A DNA stretch of 64,000 nt from a bacterium (lineage in GTDB: Bacteria; Patescibacteriota; Dojkabacteria; JAKAPS01; JAJZLI01). Shown one piece after another: positions 31,932 to 41,582 of the stretch (its first letter is position 1; each line of letters starts with the position of its first letter). The notes under the pieces were generated by a model. The model did no database searches, was not told the origin of the DNA, and saw only the letters and a program-made list of their open reading frames with translations. The stretch lies in assembly GCA_021846685.1 (NCBI GenBank), contig JAJZWL010000001.1, forward strand, positions 71,484 to 135,483. Direction: 5' to 3'. The position numbers and the translations under genes were made by a program.

Positions 31932-32034
31932 AACATAATAGCAATATAATCATAACATTTCGTTACATATTTGTAAATAATATGTTACGTAAATATAGTG
32001 AATGGCAGTAAGGAAAGACTAAATTCGTAAGCTA

Positions 32035-32118
32035 TATCAACATTGTATGGATATTTATAATGGGGTTGTCACATCAATCGGAGGCGATGCGCCTTATTTC
32101 GAACTATTTTTGTGTTGG
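32035..32118 (-). repeat. Cassette junction J3 with shared flanks
   Basis: Minus strand ccaacacaaaaataGTTCGAAataaggcgcatcgcctCCGAttgatgtgacaaccccatt. Confidence 0.88.
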
Positions 32119-32143
32119 CTCACTAAATTAATGGACATTTATT

Positions 32144-32419
32144 TCAATAAACTTGATTATGACTTCCAGTATCAACAAATACAAAGACAACATTATTTTC
32201 TTTCTCATAGTAGATAATCCTGCAATCTCCTGTTACTGAAAACGATCGGTACATTTTCAACTTTCCAGTTAATCGATGATCTTGTAGTATAGGGGTAAAA
32301 CGATCTTCTAAAAATAAATCAATGCGCTGTTGAACACGTTGTTCTAAATTTGTTTGATTGCTGATTCTTGCTTTAAAATGTTTAATAAAATCCTTTGTGT
32401 ATTCAATTCTCTTCTTCAT
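32144..32419 (-). CDS. RelE/YafQ-family mRNA interferase toxin
   Basis: F.K, H.L.G.L..YRSFSVTGD.RI.Y, GSH..VY. Confidence 0.9.
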   Translation of the reverse strand: MKKRIEYTKDFIKHFKARISNQTNLEQRVQQRIDLFLEDRFTPILQDHRLTGKLKMYRSFSVTGDCRIIYYEKENNVVFVFVDTGSHNQVY

Positions 32420-32729
32420 CTTTGAAATTTCTAACTGCATCTATAATGTTTTTCCCGGAATAGGCAGTATACAAATTGCCATTCTTGGTCTCTGCTTCTA
32501 TTTCTGCTCGTTTTTTATCTAGATATTCTTCAAATTCTGGAGAAATATGTTCATCAGCATGTGGAGAAGAAAGAGTAAGCTGAATGTCTCCTTTGGAAAA
32601 ACTCATAATAAATATCCTTATTACCTCTTGAAGAGAACTATAGCCATAATCATGGGCTACCTTTTCTGCCTGTTTTTTTACAGATTTATTAAGAGGAACT
32701 TGTATTTTAGCGTAATCTGTTTGAATCAT
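32403..32729 (-). CDS. RelB/DinJ-like antitoxin
   Basis: RHH-like N-terminus, acidic C-terminus, overlaps the toxin. Confidence 0.75.
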   Translation of the reverse strand: MIQTDYAKIQVPLNKSVKKQAEKVAHDYGYSSLQEVIRIFIMSFSKGDIQLTLSSPHADEHISPEFEEYLDKKRAEIEAETKNGNLYTAYSGKNIIDAVRNFKDEEEN

Positions 32730-32941
32730 AATTCTTTATTTATTATTTACTTTCATTATTATACCACTTTGATACTTTTTGTCAACATATTACATCTGTT
32801 CAGATTCTTATCAGGTTGAAAAATTAAAACATTAATGAATAATTTATTAAGCAAGAATAGAAACTTTAAACTGAAAAATGAATCCCTTTATCAAGATTAT
32901 TGCTTGGCTTATTGATTTTTGTATTATGTTGTCGCATCCAT

Positions 32942-33029
32942 CGGAGAGAGAGAGATTCGAACTCTCGCGAGGATTTCTCCTCCTAAGGGTTTAGCAAACC
33001 CTCCCCTTCAGCCACTTGGGTACCTCTCC
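32942..33029 (-). tRNA. tRNA-Ser(GCT)
   Basis: GGAGAGG acceptor, agggt-TTGCTAA-accct anticodon arm, long variable arm, GTTCGAATC; no CCA. Confidence 0.95.
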
Positions 33030-33078
33030 AAATATAATAAAGTATATCAAAAAATGAGTTTATATAAAAGTTAATTGT

Positions 33079-34011
33079 ATGTTGTATAATATATTATTAA
33101 TGAATAATAAAAATAAAATCTTAATATTTTTTCTTGTAGTTATAGTATATTTTTCTATATTAGTTTTAGTTTTTATACACTTTATAAATATTCCTGTAGT
33201 AGGGAACAAAGAAAGAAAGGTGGGCATAAATTCTAAGATAAATATAGTTGCATCTGTAAATTATTTCAATCCTTTTAATTTCAAAACTCAAAATTCATCA
33301 ATATCAAGTACCTCTTCAGGAAAGGTTATTCAGTCAAATATTGTTGCAAATTTTGCAAGTATAAAAAATGAGACAATTATCTACTTCGTGCATAAACAAT
33401 GGAAATATACAATAAACGCCACAAATACTCTATTTAAAAAGGATAATGTAATAGTTTATTATAAAAAAAATGGACATAATACTTTATTGGAAATATACAT
33501 ACCAAATAGCTTTAAAATATCTGACTTAGTATCATTATTTGATGTTAACTATAGTACCTATTCATATCCCTTTGACTATACTCAGATGAATGATACTTTG
33601 GCTTCTTTAGATACGACATATACTCCATATATAAGAAGTACTTCTTTTGTTTTTTATAAAAATAATTTCAATAATGTTGGTCATTTCCAGTACAACACAC
33701 CAATAGAAGAAATTAAGGGTGTCTCAATGATTAATACTTCTTCACAAGGGAGTATTAATAGTCTTCTACATGAGTATATGTCAAGGTTTTCTATATGGGG
33801 ATATATTCCTTTTACTGTATATGGAGCTATAATTGATAATAATACAATATATTATCTTAAGTATGGTTTAGGGGGTGCGAGTATAAAAGTTTTAGTTAAA
33901 CCTGAAAATGGATATTCTTTTGTATATTATAGTATAAAAGTCTCTGCTTCTTCTTCAAACAATAATTTATCCTTGTTTAATAGATTGGGATGGAGTAGTG
34001 TATTTAATTAA
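33079..34011 (+). CDS. Membrane-anchored hypothetical protein
   Basis: N-terminal TM helix, Asn/Ser/Tyr-rich remainder. Confidence 0.6.
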   Translation: MLYNILLMNNKNKILIFFLVVIVYFSILVLVFIHFINIPVVGNKERKVGINSKINIVASVNYFNPFNFKTQNSSISSTSSGKVIQSNIVANFASIKNETIIYFVHKQWKYTINATNTLFKKDNVIVYYKKNGHNTLLEIYIPNSFKISDLVSLFDVNYSTYSYPFDYTQMNDTLASLDTTYTPYIRSTSFVFYKNNFNNVGHFQYNTPIEEIKGVSMINTSSQGSINSLLHEYMSRFSIWGYIPFTVYGAIIDNNTIYYLKYGLGGASIKVLVKPENGYSFVYYSIKVSASSSNNNLSLFNRLGWSSVFN

Positions 34012-35079
34012 GCTTTGAGAGTTTAATTTTATTTGTGTATACCAATTAGATAGGTTGTGGATTAAATCTTTATCCTTAGTATTTAATGCAATTTCAGATG
34101 TTCCAAATAATACTCCGAATGTTGAAAAGTTATGTGATCCTATTATTAAAGAAGAATTAGGGGCATTTTTATCTAAAATTATCATTTTTGCATGTATATA
34201 CTTTTCAGACTGCTCATATAAATTAGAAAGATTTATATTGCTTAAATTAAATAGTATTTGCTCTATTTTATGTCTAATTTTTTTTTCGGCAATACTATTT
34301 GAATGTACAATAATCTCAACTGCAAGACCTCTTTTAACGGCTTTCTGAAGTGCAAAAAGAATTTTAAAATCTGGTAGGAATTGAGATATATAGCTAATAT
34401 CTTCTTTCGCATTATTTATAGCATTAATGGCCTCATTATATATGATAGATTGTCCTTTTTTCCCAGAATCTATAAGAAGTGAATTTTCTTTATTAATATT
34501 GACTATCTTGTCACTATATTTTATTCCTGTACTGTTCTTTAAGAAGATACTTTTTAAATTATTTCTAATTTCTCTGTCTTTTGTTTTCACCATGAAGTCA
34601 TAATAATTAAAAGATTTTTTCCCAAAATTCATTCCACCTATATATGAATAATTATCAATTATAGTTATTTTCATATGATTTCTTCCTATAAAGGGGAAAT
34701 ATTCAGCTATAGCTTTATTATATCTATATTCATTGATAAAATTGATTTCAATATCAGCAGATGTCATTTCTTTGAAATATTTTTGACTTATTTGAATATT
34801 ATTTTTACATTTATCTCTTTTTTCTTTATTTATATGTATAAAATACTTGTGTCCTTGGATATATTGATTTGAGTAATTATCAATATTGAATTTAACTGAG
34901 ACCCCTCTTTTTTTAGCTGCTATAACTTCTTTTGTAAATTCTTTTAAAGAATCATCAAAATATACATACATTGCTTGTATATATATATTTTTTTTTGCCT
35001 TTTTAACAAGTTGAATAAGATCACTTAGATATTCTTCTGAAGGTATTAATTCATACATTACTAATATACAATATATCAA
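33967..35079 (-). CDS. Phospholipase D / cardiolipin synthase-like protein
   Basis: Two HKD motifs: HMKITIID...GGMN and HAKMIILD...GSHN. Confidence 0.88.
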   Translation of the reverse strand: MIYCILVMYELIPSEEYLSDLIQLVKKAKKNIYIQAMYVYFDDSLKEFTKEVIAAKKRGVSVKFNIDNYSNQYIQGHKYFIHINKEKRDKCKNNIQISQKYFKEMTSADIEINFINEYRYNKAIAEYFPFIGRNHMKITIIDNYSYIGGMNFGKKSFNYYDFMVKTKDREIRNNLKSIFLKNSTGIKYSDKIVNINKENSLLIDSGKKGQSIIYNEAINAINNAKEDISYISQFLPDFKILFALQKAVKRGLAVEIIVHSNSIAEKKIRHKIEQILFNLSNINLSNLYEQSEKYIHAKMIILDKNAPNSSLIIGSHNFSTFGVLFGTSEIALNTKDKDLIHNLSNWYTQIKLNSQSLIKYTTPSQSIKQG

Positions 35080-37853
35080 ATATTTTTATTATAATCAAAA
35101 CTTATTTTCCTTGTTATAAATTTCCTTATTTCTTCTGAGAATAATAATATGAATATTACTATAACATAAAGTAAGAGTATATTATATCTTAAAGGATATG
35201 TATGTAAGATTGTATTAAAAAAAGGTGTGAATATAAATATATTTTGGAATATAAGTATAAATATTATTCCTATAAAAATCTTAAAGTAAGATTTGAGTTG
35301 AAATGAAAAGATTGAGAATTTATATGACCTAGAGGACAGTAGGTTTGCTATTTGAGCAAAGACTAGAGTAGAGTATGTTGCTGTAGTTGCCATTTGATAA
35401 TTTCCAAATTCTTTAAATGTTATATAAAATATTATTACAGAAAGTATCGCAATAATTGATCCATTTATCATTATTGGTATTACTGTTTCTTTATCAAAAA
35501 GATGTGATTTCTTAGACCTAGGAGGTCTAGACATAATATCAGGATCTGGAGTGTCTGATGCTAGGATCAATGCTGGAATTATATTAACAATAAGGTCAAT
35601 TGTTAATATTTGTAGTACATACATGACAGGTTCGAAGTGTAAAATTGAACCAATAAAGATAGCAAGCATTTCTGCTATGTCTATAGCTACAGTAAATCGT
35701 ATGAATTTTTTAATATTATCATATATAATTCTCCCTTCTTTAATGGCATATACTATTGCAGAAAAACTATCATTAAGAAGGATCATGTCTGCACTTTCTT
35801 TTGCCACATCTGTTCCTGTAATTCCCATTGCCACACCTATATCTGCTGATTTTAAAGCAGGGGCATCATTAACCCCATCTCCTGTTACTGCTACTATATT
35901 ATCCATATCTTTTAGTAGTTGCACTATTTTAAGTTTATTTAATGGTGTTACTCTAGCAAAGATGGCTGTTTGTCCTTTTAAAATTTCTTTAATTTTTTCA
36001 TCACTTAATTTGTCAATATCTTTTCCTTCTATAACGGGAGTGTTTTTATCTGCTATATTTACTATCTGACCTATTTTAAGAGCTATATCAGGAGAGTCTC
36101 CTGTACACATAAATATCTTGATACCTGCTTTTTTTGCAGATTCAACTGCAGCAGGGACTTCATCTCTAGGTGAATCAAATATACCTAAGAGTCCAATTAT
36201 TGTGAGATTTTTTTCTACATCTTTTTTACTTACACTTTCATTACCATTTAATTTTCTGTATGCTAGTGCAATTACCCTTAAAGTACCATTCTCATATTGT
36301 TTCGCCTTTTCAATAATGGTATTTTTCAAATGTGTGTCCAATGTGATTTTTTTCCCATCCATTAAAATACTATTAGAAGAAGATATAATACTTTCAATTG
36401 CACCTTTCGAATATATATATTCGTTATTATCTTCATGTACCAATACAGACATCATTTTTCTTTGAGGGTCAAATGGAAGTTCTATAATTCTTTTAAATTT
36501 ATTTCGTATATTATCTGCATCTTTGTTTATCTTTCTAGCAAATGCTATTAAAGCTCCTTCTAATGGGTCTCCTATTAAATCATATTTATTTTTTTTAGGA
36601 TCAAAATTAATATATGAGTTATTACAAAGTATGGATCCTTTGAACATTAGATCCATTACATCCTGGTTATAGCTATTAGGGGTAATATCTCCTTTGTCTG
36701 TATATCCTACTCCAGATACAGAATAGTCTTGAGATTTTGCATTCATAAAGAAAAATTTTTCAACACTCATTTCATTTTTTGTAAGAGTCCCTGTTTTATC
36801 AGTTACAATTACATTACAAGCACCTAGTGTTTCTGTAGATGTTAATTTTTTAACTACTACATTTACTTTTGAAAGTTTTTTTAAAGCAATTGCAAGAGCT
36901 GCAGTGACAGTAGAGGGTAGACCTTCTGGGACTACTCCAACAGCAAGTCCTAAAGATAGTATTAATGTGGCTTGTACAGATAATTTAGAATAAAAAAAGT
37001 TGATAATAAAGGCAAAGAATGCCACTACTAAAGCAATCATAATAAGGTATTCACCTGTTCTGAAAATTTCTTTTTGTAGAGGAGATTTACCTTTTTTTTC
37101 TTCTTCCGTTGTTACTGCTATTTTTCCAAATTCAGTGTTCATTCCAGTTCCTACGACAACTGCTTTTCCTGACCCAGAAGATACTGTTGTCCCCATAAAT
37201 ATTAGATTAGATATTTCAAAAATCGAAAGTTTAGATTTTGGATGAGGTGATGTAGTTTTTAATACTGGTTTATTTTCTCCTGTAATTGAAGATTCTAAAC
37301 AAGAAAGGTTATTTGATTCAATTACTCTAGAGTCAGCAGGTATGTCGTCTCCTGCTTTTAGAATTATTATATCTCCAGGAACTACAAGTTGTGTATCGAT
37401 CTCAGTAATTGTCCCGTCTCTTATTACAGTGGTTTTTTTTGAAATTAGTTTTTCTAAAGACTCTACTGTCTTACTTGCACTATATTCTTGTAAAAACCCT
37501 ATTGTAGAGTTAAAGAGAATAAGTAATATTAATATGATCCCAACTATTTCTTGTTGAGTTAAGAATGCTGCAATAGCAGCAATCAATAGTAATAGCATTA
37601 AAAAATCTTTAAATTGAGAGAAATATATTCCAGAGACCTTTAATCTATTAGTAACTTTTAGCTCATTATAACCATGTTCAGTTATTAGCTCTTTTGCCTT
37701 TTCACTTTTAATCCCAGTATATTCATCTGTTTGTAATATTTTTAATACACTTTTTGTATCTAATGAATATACAAAAGTTTCTTCATCTAGTGTTTTTTTA
37801 AAGATAGAAGGGTATAATAGACTTGAGTATGTTTTATGTTTAATCTGGGACAT
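35076..37853 (-). CDS. P-type cation-transporting ATPase (type II)
   Basis: TGE, PEGL, DKTGTLT, KGA, TGDGVNDAPALK. Confidence 0.95.
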   Translation of the reverse strand: MSQIKHKTYSSLLYPSIFKKTLDEETFVYSLDTKSVLKILQTDEYTGIKSEKAKELITEHGYNELKVTNRLKVSGIYFSQFKDFLMLLLLIAAIAAFLTQQEIVGIILILLILFNSTIGFLQEYSASKTVESLEKLISKKTTVIRDGTITEIDTQLVVPGDIIILKAGDDIPADSRVIESNNLSCLESSITGENKPVLKTTSPHPKSKLSIFEISNLIFMGTTVSSGSGKAVVVGTGMNTEFGKIAVTTEEEKKGKSPLQKEIFRTGEYLIMIALVVAFFAFIINFFYSKLSVQATLILSLGLAVGVVPEGLPSTVTAALAIALKKLSKVNVVVKKLTSTETLGACNVIVTDKTGTLTKNEMSVEKFFFMNAKSQDYSVSGVGYTDKGDITPNSYNQDVMDLMFKGSILCNNSYINFDPKKNKYDLIGDPLEGALIAFARKINKDADNIRNKFKRIIELPFDPQRKMMSVLVHEDNNEYIYSKGAIESIISSSNSILMDGKKITLDTHLKNTIIEKAKQYENGTLRVIALAYRKLNGNESVSKKDVEKNLTIIGLLGIFDSPRDEVPAAVESAKKAGIKIFMCTGDSPDIALKIGQIVNIADKNTPVIEGKDIDKLSDEKIKEILKGQTAIFARVTPLNKLKIVQLLKDMDNIVAVTGDGVNDAPALKSADIGVAMGITGTDVAKESADMILLNDSFSAIVYAIKEGRIIYDNIKKFIRFTVAIDIAEMLAIFIGSILHFEPVMYVLQILTIDLIVNIIPALILASDTPDPDIMSRPPRSKKSHLFDKETVIPIMINGSIIAILSVIIFYITFKEFGNYQMATTATYSTLVFAQIANLLSSRSYKFSIFSFQLKSYFKIFIGIIFILIFQNIFIFTPFFNTILHTYPLRYNILLLYVIVIFILLFSEEIRKFITRKISFDYNKNI

Positions 37854-37931
37854 AATTAATCTTAAAACTATTAATGCTCTAATGCAAGTTGGTCTTGATT
37901 TTTAAATTTCTTAAAAGTAATATGTTTTAGT

Positions 37932-38525
37932 ATGGAAAATGCAAGAGATAAAAAAATAAGAGAGTTGGAATCTGAATTAGAAAATTTGAAAGTTGAGATA
38001 TCTTCTGTAAATAAATCTAAGAGTAGAGAAAAAAAACAAAAAAAGGATGCCAAAGTTATATATAAGTGGAAATCACCATCAAGAGTTTTTAGAAAATGGG
38101 AGAAGGAGAAATTATTTACTGTATTCCTTTGGTTATTGGTAATTGTCATATTACTTCTCTTTGTAAAACAATATATAACTATTTTTGTAGTTTTTGCATT
38201 AGGATTTGTTATCTATGCAATGACAAATTTTTCACCAGAAACAGTAGAGCATGTATTAACAGATAGTTATTTAGTTTGGTTTGAGAAGGAGTATAACTTT
38301 GACGATTTGAAAGAATTTTGGTTTTCAGAAAGGTCAGGTCAAATAGTGCTTAATGTGGAGACAAAGTATAGAATTCCCGCAAGATTAGTTTTTCTTGTAA
38401 GTGAAAAAGAAAAAGAAGAGTTATATGGACTACTATCTGAATATATTCCATATAAAGAATTAAGTAAAAAGCAAAATTTATTTTCTAAATTGATAGATGG
38501 TGAATATATTAATTTAGAACAGTAA
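37932..38525 (+). CDS. Hypothetical membrane protein
   Basis: Two TM helices followed by a soluble domain. Confidence 0.65.
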   Translation: MENARDKKIRELESELENLKVEISSVNKSKSREKKQKKDAKVIYKWKSPSRVFRKWEKEKLFTVFLWLLVIVILLLFVKQYITIFVVFALGFVIYAMTNFSPETVEHVLTDSYLVWFEKEYNFDDLKEFWFSERSGQIVLNVETKYRIPARLVFLVSEKEKEELYGLLSEYIPYKELSKKQNLFSKLIDGEYINLEQ

Positions 38526-38534
38526 TATATATCT

Positions 38535-38608
38535 GCTTCTGTAGCTTAATTGGATAAAGCATCAGATTGCGGATCTGAAGAGTATAGGTTCGAATCCTAT
38601 CAGAAGCA
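38535..38608 (+). tRNA. tRNA-Arg(GCG)
   Basis: GCTTCTG/CAGAAGC acceptor, tcaga-TTGCGGA-tctga anticodon arm, GGTTCGAATCC. Confidence 0.93.
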
Positions 38609-38620
38609 AAGATAAATTAA

Positions 38621-38710
38621 GGAGAGATGCTGGAGTGGTTTATCAGGCTGTTCTCGAAAAACAGTATTCTTCTAAACAAAGGATCGTAAGTTCGAATCTT
38701 ACTCTCTCCG
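38621..38710 (+). tRNA. tRNA-Ser(CGA)
   Basis: GGAGAGA acceptor, ctgtt-CTCGAAA-aacag anticodon arm, long variable arm, GTTCGAATC. Confidence 0.95.
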
Positions 38711-38775
38711 ATTTTATTACTAAAGTTTAAATAAGATTTAATATATATATTCTATATGATGATAATGTATATCAT

Positions 38776-39030
38776 ATGAAAACTATGATTGTACAAGACA
38801 ATAAGATACTTAATGGTAAACCTATTATAAAAGGCACTAGGATGTCTGTTGAAATAATATTAGAACTTTTGTCATCAGGATTAGAAATTAATGATATTCT
38901 TAAAGAATATGAATATTTAAATAGAACTCAAGTTTTGTCTGCTATATCATATGCATCAAATTTGATGAAGAAGGAAGATACATATATATTCAATAATCAG
39001 AAAAGTGTTATAAAGGAAATTCCTAATTGA
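38776..39030 (+). CDS. DUF433 family antitoxin
   Basis: I..GKP.IKGTR.SV..IL..L..G....IL.EY..L. Confidence 0.92.
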   Translation: MKTMIVQDNKILNGKPIIKGTRMSVEIILELLSSGLEINDILKEYEYLNRTQVLSAISYASNLMKKEDTYIFNNQKSVIKEIPN

Positions 39031-39298
39031 TGCAAATATTCCTAAATCTGTAATAGATTATTTAATAAATAATAATTTTGATGTTATTGATATTAAAAAG
39101 GTTAATATAACAATGTCAGATATAGATATTATTAAATTAGCTCAAAAAGAACAAAGAATAATCATCACATTAGATAAAGATTTTATAACTTTAATACAAT
39201 ATCCTAAATATCAAGTATCAACAATAGTTATAAGATTAAAAATTTTAAAATCAGAGAATATTATTTCCTATTTAGATGAACTTTTTGTTGTCAAACCA

Positions 39299-40270
39299 TT
39301 AAGATTGAGAATGAAAATCCACAAAAACAGGAGAGTTTTCTATGGTCTTAATTGGTATCTTCATATAGGTTAATTTCTCTGGTTTTATGTTTAAAGGATT
39401 AACAGGTATTTTTACTTTTTTATGTTCTTTAAGGTAATTTTCAAGCTTTTGTAAAGGTGTCTTGTACTTATTTGTTGAATGAGGTCTTTGCGTATTGTAG
39501 AAGTATGCCCATTCTCTAAATATATCTTGTATATTATCGTTAGAGAGTATAAATGATGCTAATCCTTCATATTTATCTGTTTTCCACGATCTTTCTATTA
39601 CCCCATTGTGTTCTGGTGTATATGCCTTTGTGTAAGAAAGGAGTACATTTAATCCATGTGCTAGATCTCTGTATGATGATGCTTTGTAACAGGATCCATT
39701 ATCCATGATTAAGGTTATTGGAAACGATATACATGTTTTTACAAGTTGTCTTAGTATTGCCTCTGATGTAATTGATCCTGAGAATGTTGATACTTCTAGT
39801 GCTACTATTTCTCTATTGAATATATCTATGACCTTAAATGCATAAACCCAACCTTTATTTATCCATAGATGTGTGAAATCAGTTTGAAATATTGATCTTG
39901 GGATATCACATTGAATCTTTTTATGATTAAATTCATATGTACCTTTTTCAGGTTTTCTTCCTATGATATTTTCTTCTTTCATGAAGTAATATACACCCCT
40001 ATATGATATTGTTTGGCCTCGTACTTTTAGATATGCTGTTATCATTAGATATCCCCATCCATACAACAAATCAAGCTCTTTTATTGCATTCTTATTCACA
40101 TCAGGTAATTCTTCCCTTTTATTCTTTTTTTGAGAATAACCCTTTTTTTTGTAATATATTTTATTACAAGATATCCCTAAAAGTTTAATGATCTTTGTTA
40201 TCCTTATTCCATTTACACAAACCTCTAATATATCATCCCTAGTTACCTTCTTTACTAAATCTTTTTTTTT
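39299..40270 (-). CDS. IS3 transposase OrfB (DDE), joined to OrfA by -1 frameshift
   Basis: QTDFT, ID...REI, DNGS.Y, N..IER..KT.K.E, YN..RPHS; frame is open back to the A9G slip site at 40261-40270. Confidence 0.9.
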   Translation of the reverse strand, partial: KKKDLVKKVTRDDILEVCVNGIRITKIIKLLGISCNKIYYKKKGYSQKKNKREELPDVNKNAIKELDLLYGWGYLMITAYLKVRGQTISYRGVYYFMKEENIIGRKPEKGTYEFNHKKIQCDIPRSIFQTDFTHLWINKGWVYAFKVIDIFNREIVALEVSTFSGSITSEAILRQLVKTCISFPITLIMDNGSCYKASSYRDLAHGLNVLLSYTKAYTPEHNGVIERSWKTDKYEGLASFILSNDNIQDIFREWAYFYNTQRPHSTNKYKTPLQKLENYLKEHKKVKIPVNPLNIKPEKLTYMKIPIKTIENSPVFVDFHSQS

Positions 40271-40533
40271 AACACTGATAGAGCAGTTTGAGATTCTGCA
40301 AGTGCAAGTTTAGTATCTTCTAGATCTTGTTTTACCCTTACTAATTCTTGGTTATCAGACCTATCATCAGATAGTGCTTTATATGCATTGTTCAAAAACT
40401 TATCCTTAACCTTTAAAAAGTATGATACAGATATATCATATTTAGCAGAAATAGCTGAAAGAGATAATCTGTTACCTAAATGATCTAAAACCATGTTTGT
40501 TTTTTGTTCTGTTGTAAATTTTTTCATATTCAT
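40255..40533 (-). CDS. IS3 transposase OrfA (HTH plus leucine zipper)
   Basis: KFTTEQK, HTH, ends LKKK at the A9G slippery site. Confidence 0.88.
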   Translation of the reverse strand: MNMKKFTTEQKTNMVLDHLGNRLSLSAISAKYDISVSYFLKVKDKFLNNAYKALSDDRSDNQELVRVKQDLEDTKLALAESQTALSVLKKKI

Positions 40534-40750
40534 ATTTTATCACCTCCTTATATATTTAATTGTAAAAGATCTAACGTTTGTGAATGAAAGTTTTAATTAA
40601 AAAACTCTCATTCACTTATTCTCATTTTACCTGTTGAAGTACATTTTTGAAAAACAAAATCAAAATTTATTAAATAATTCATTAACTATTATTAATAATG
40701 ATCAAGCAGATTCTTTTGAATTTGAATAATATTTAGATTTTTAATAATAC

Positions 40751-40795
40751 AAAAAGTTCGAATATCGTCTACAGTCTCCCGATGGATGCGACAAC
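40751..40795 (+). repeat. Cassette junction J4
   Basis: aaaaaGTTCGAAtatcgtctacagtctcCCGAtggatgcgacaac. Confidence 0.88.
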
Positions 40796-40945
40796 ACTTG
40801 AGAAAGTGACTGAATATATTGTAGTTTCGAACTAAATAAGGTGTTCGATGATAGAATTTTGAAGCCTTTATATGCCCTTATATGACAATAAATCTATATT
40901 ATAGGAGATTTTTGCTCGAACTCATACATATATTAAGATCGCCAT

Positions 40946-40979
40946 TGACTATTTCACAATGACCCCGTATAATGGGGGT
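40946..40979 (+). promoter_or_regulatory. Promoter/operator of the second abiE operon
   Basis: TTGACT...TATAAT with ACCCC/GGGGT inverted repeat around the -10 element. Confidence 0.6.
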
Positions 40980-40982
40980 ATT

Positions 40983-41582
40983 ATGAAACAGTTTAAAGAT
41001 GTAGAGAGATTAGAATACTTTGACCTAAAGACTTTAAAGAACTTTGTACCACTAGAGAGTAAATCCTTGTATAAACTGGTAAATAGGAGAGTAAAAGATC
41101 TGACTTTTATACAATTGAAAAAAGGATTATACACTACAAAAGCATTTATAGAAAATAATGATATGCTTTTATATAAAGAAAATATTGCAAATATTCTTAA
41201 AACTCCTTCATATATAAGCTTAGAGTATATGTTGTCAAAATACTCAATACTCACAGAAAGTGTATTCTCATTTACCTCTGTATCTACTAAGAAGACCAGA
41301 AGCTATATAAATACTTTAGGGACATATTCTTATAGAAATATCAAAGAAGATCTTTTTACAGGTTATGTAATAAGAAATAATATATATTATGCAACAAAGG
41401 CTAAATCGCTATTTGACTATATTTACTTTAAAAAAGAAGTATTAGAACTTGAGTCATTGAGATTAAACTTAGATGAATTTACTAAGTCAGATATAAAAGA
41501 ATTTAAAATATATTGCAAGAAATCTTCACGTATGCTTAAAATATATAATTTATTATTGAAATATAAAAAAAATGTTTATTGA
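40983..41582 (+). CDS. abiEi: AbiEi antitoxin
   Basis: LKKGLY, PSYISLEY.LS.Y, AT..K.L.D..Y. Confidence 0.88.
   Translation: MKQFKDVERLEYFDLKTLKNFVPLESKSLYKLVNRRVKDLTFIQLKKGLYTTKAFIENNDMLLYKENIANILKTPSYISLEYMLSKYSILTESVFSFTSVSTKKTRSYINTLGTYSYRNIKEDLFTGYVIRNNIYYATKAKSLFDYIYFKKEVLELESLRLNLDEFTKSDIKEFKIYCKKSSRMLKIYNLLLKYKKNVY

Larger units (their letters stand above)
39286..40643 (-). mobile_element. IS3-family insertion sequence
   Basis: TG...CA ends, imperfect IRs (TGTTGTCAAACCATTAAGATTGAGAAT / TGTACTTCAACAGGTAAAATGAGAAT), TTTT target duplication, orfA and orfB. Confidence 0.9.
39014..40729 (+). pseudogene. DUF5615 PIN-like toxin, split by IS3 and lacking a start codon
   Basis: (AGG)KFLIDANIP...SD.DI...A..E.RIIITLDKDF; frame resumes after the IS to a stop at 40727-40729. 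Confidence 0.85.

Noticed and set aside
39113-39373. 86-aa ORF as an independent gene
   Set aside because: It is the middle of the PIN toxin reading into the IS3 end.
40821-40925. Extra TTCGAAC/GTTCGA motifs downstream of J4 as further junctions
   Set aside because: They lack the spaced CCGA and shared flanks; they could be accessory sites but this is unsupported.
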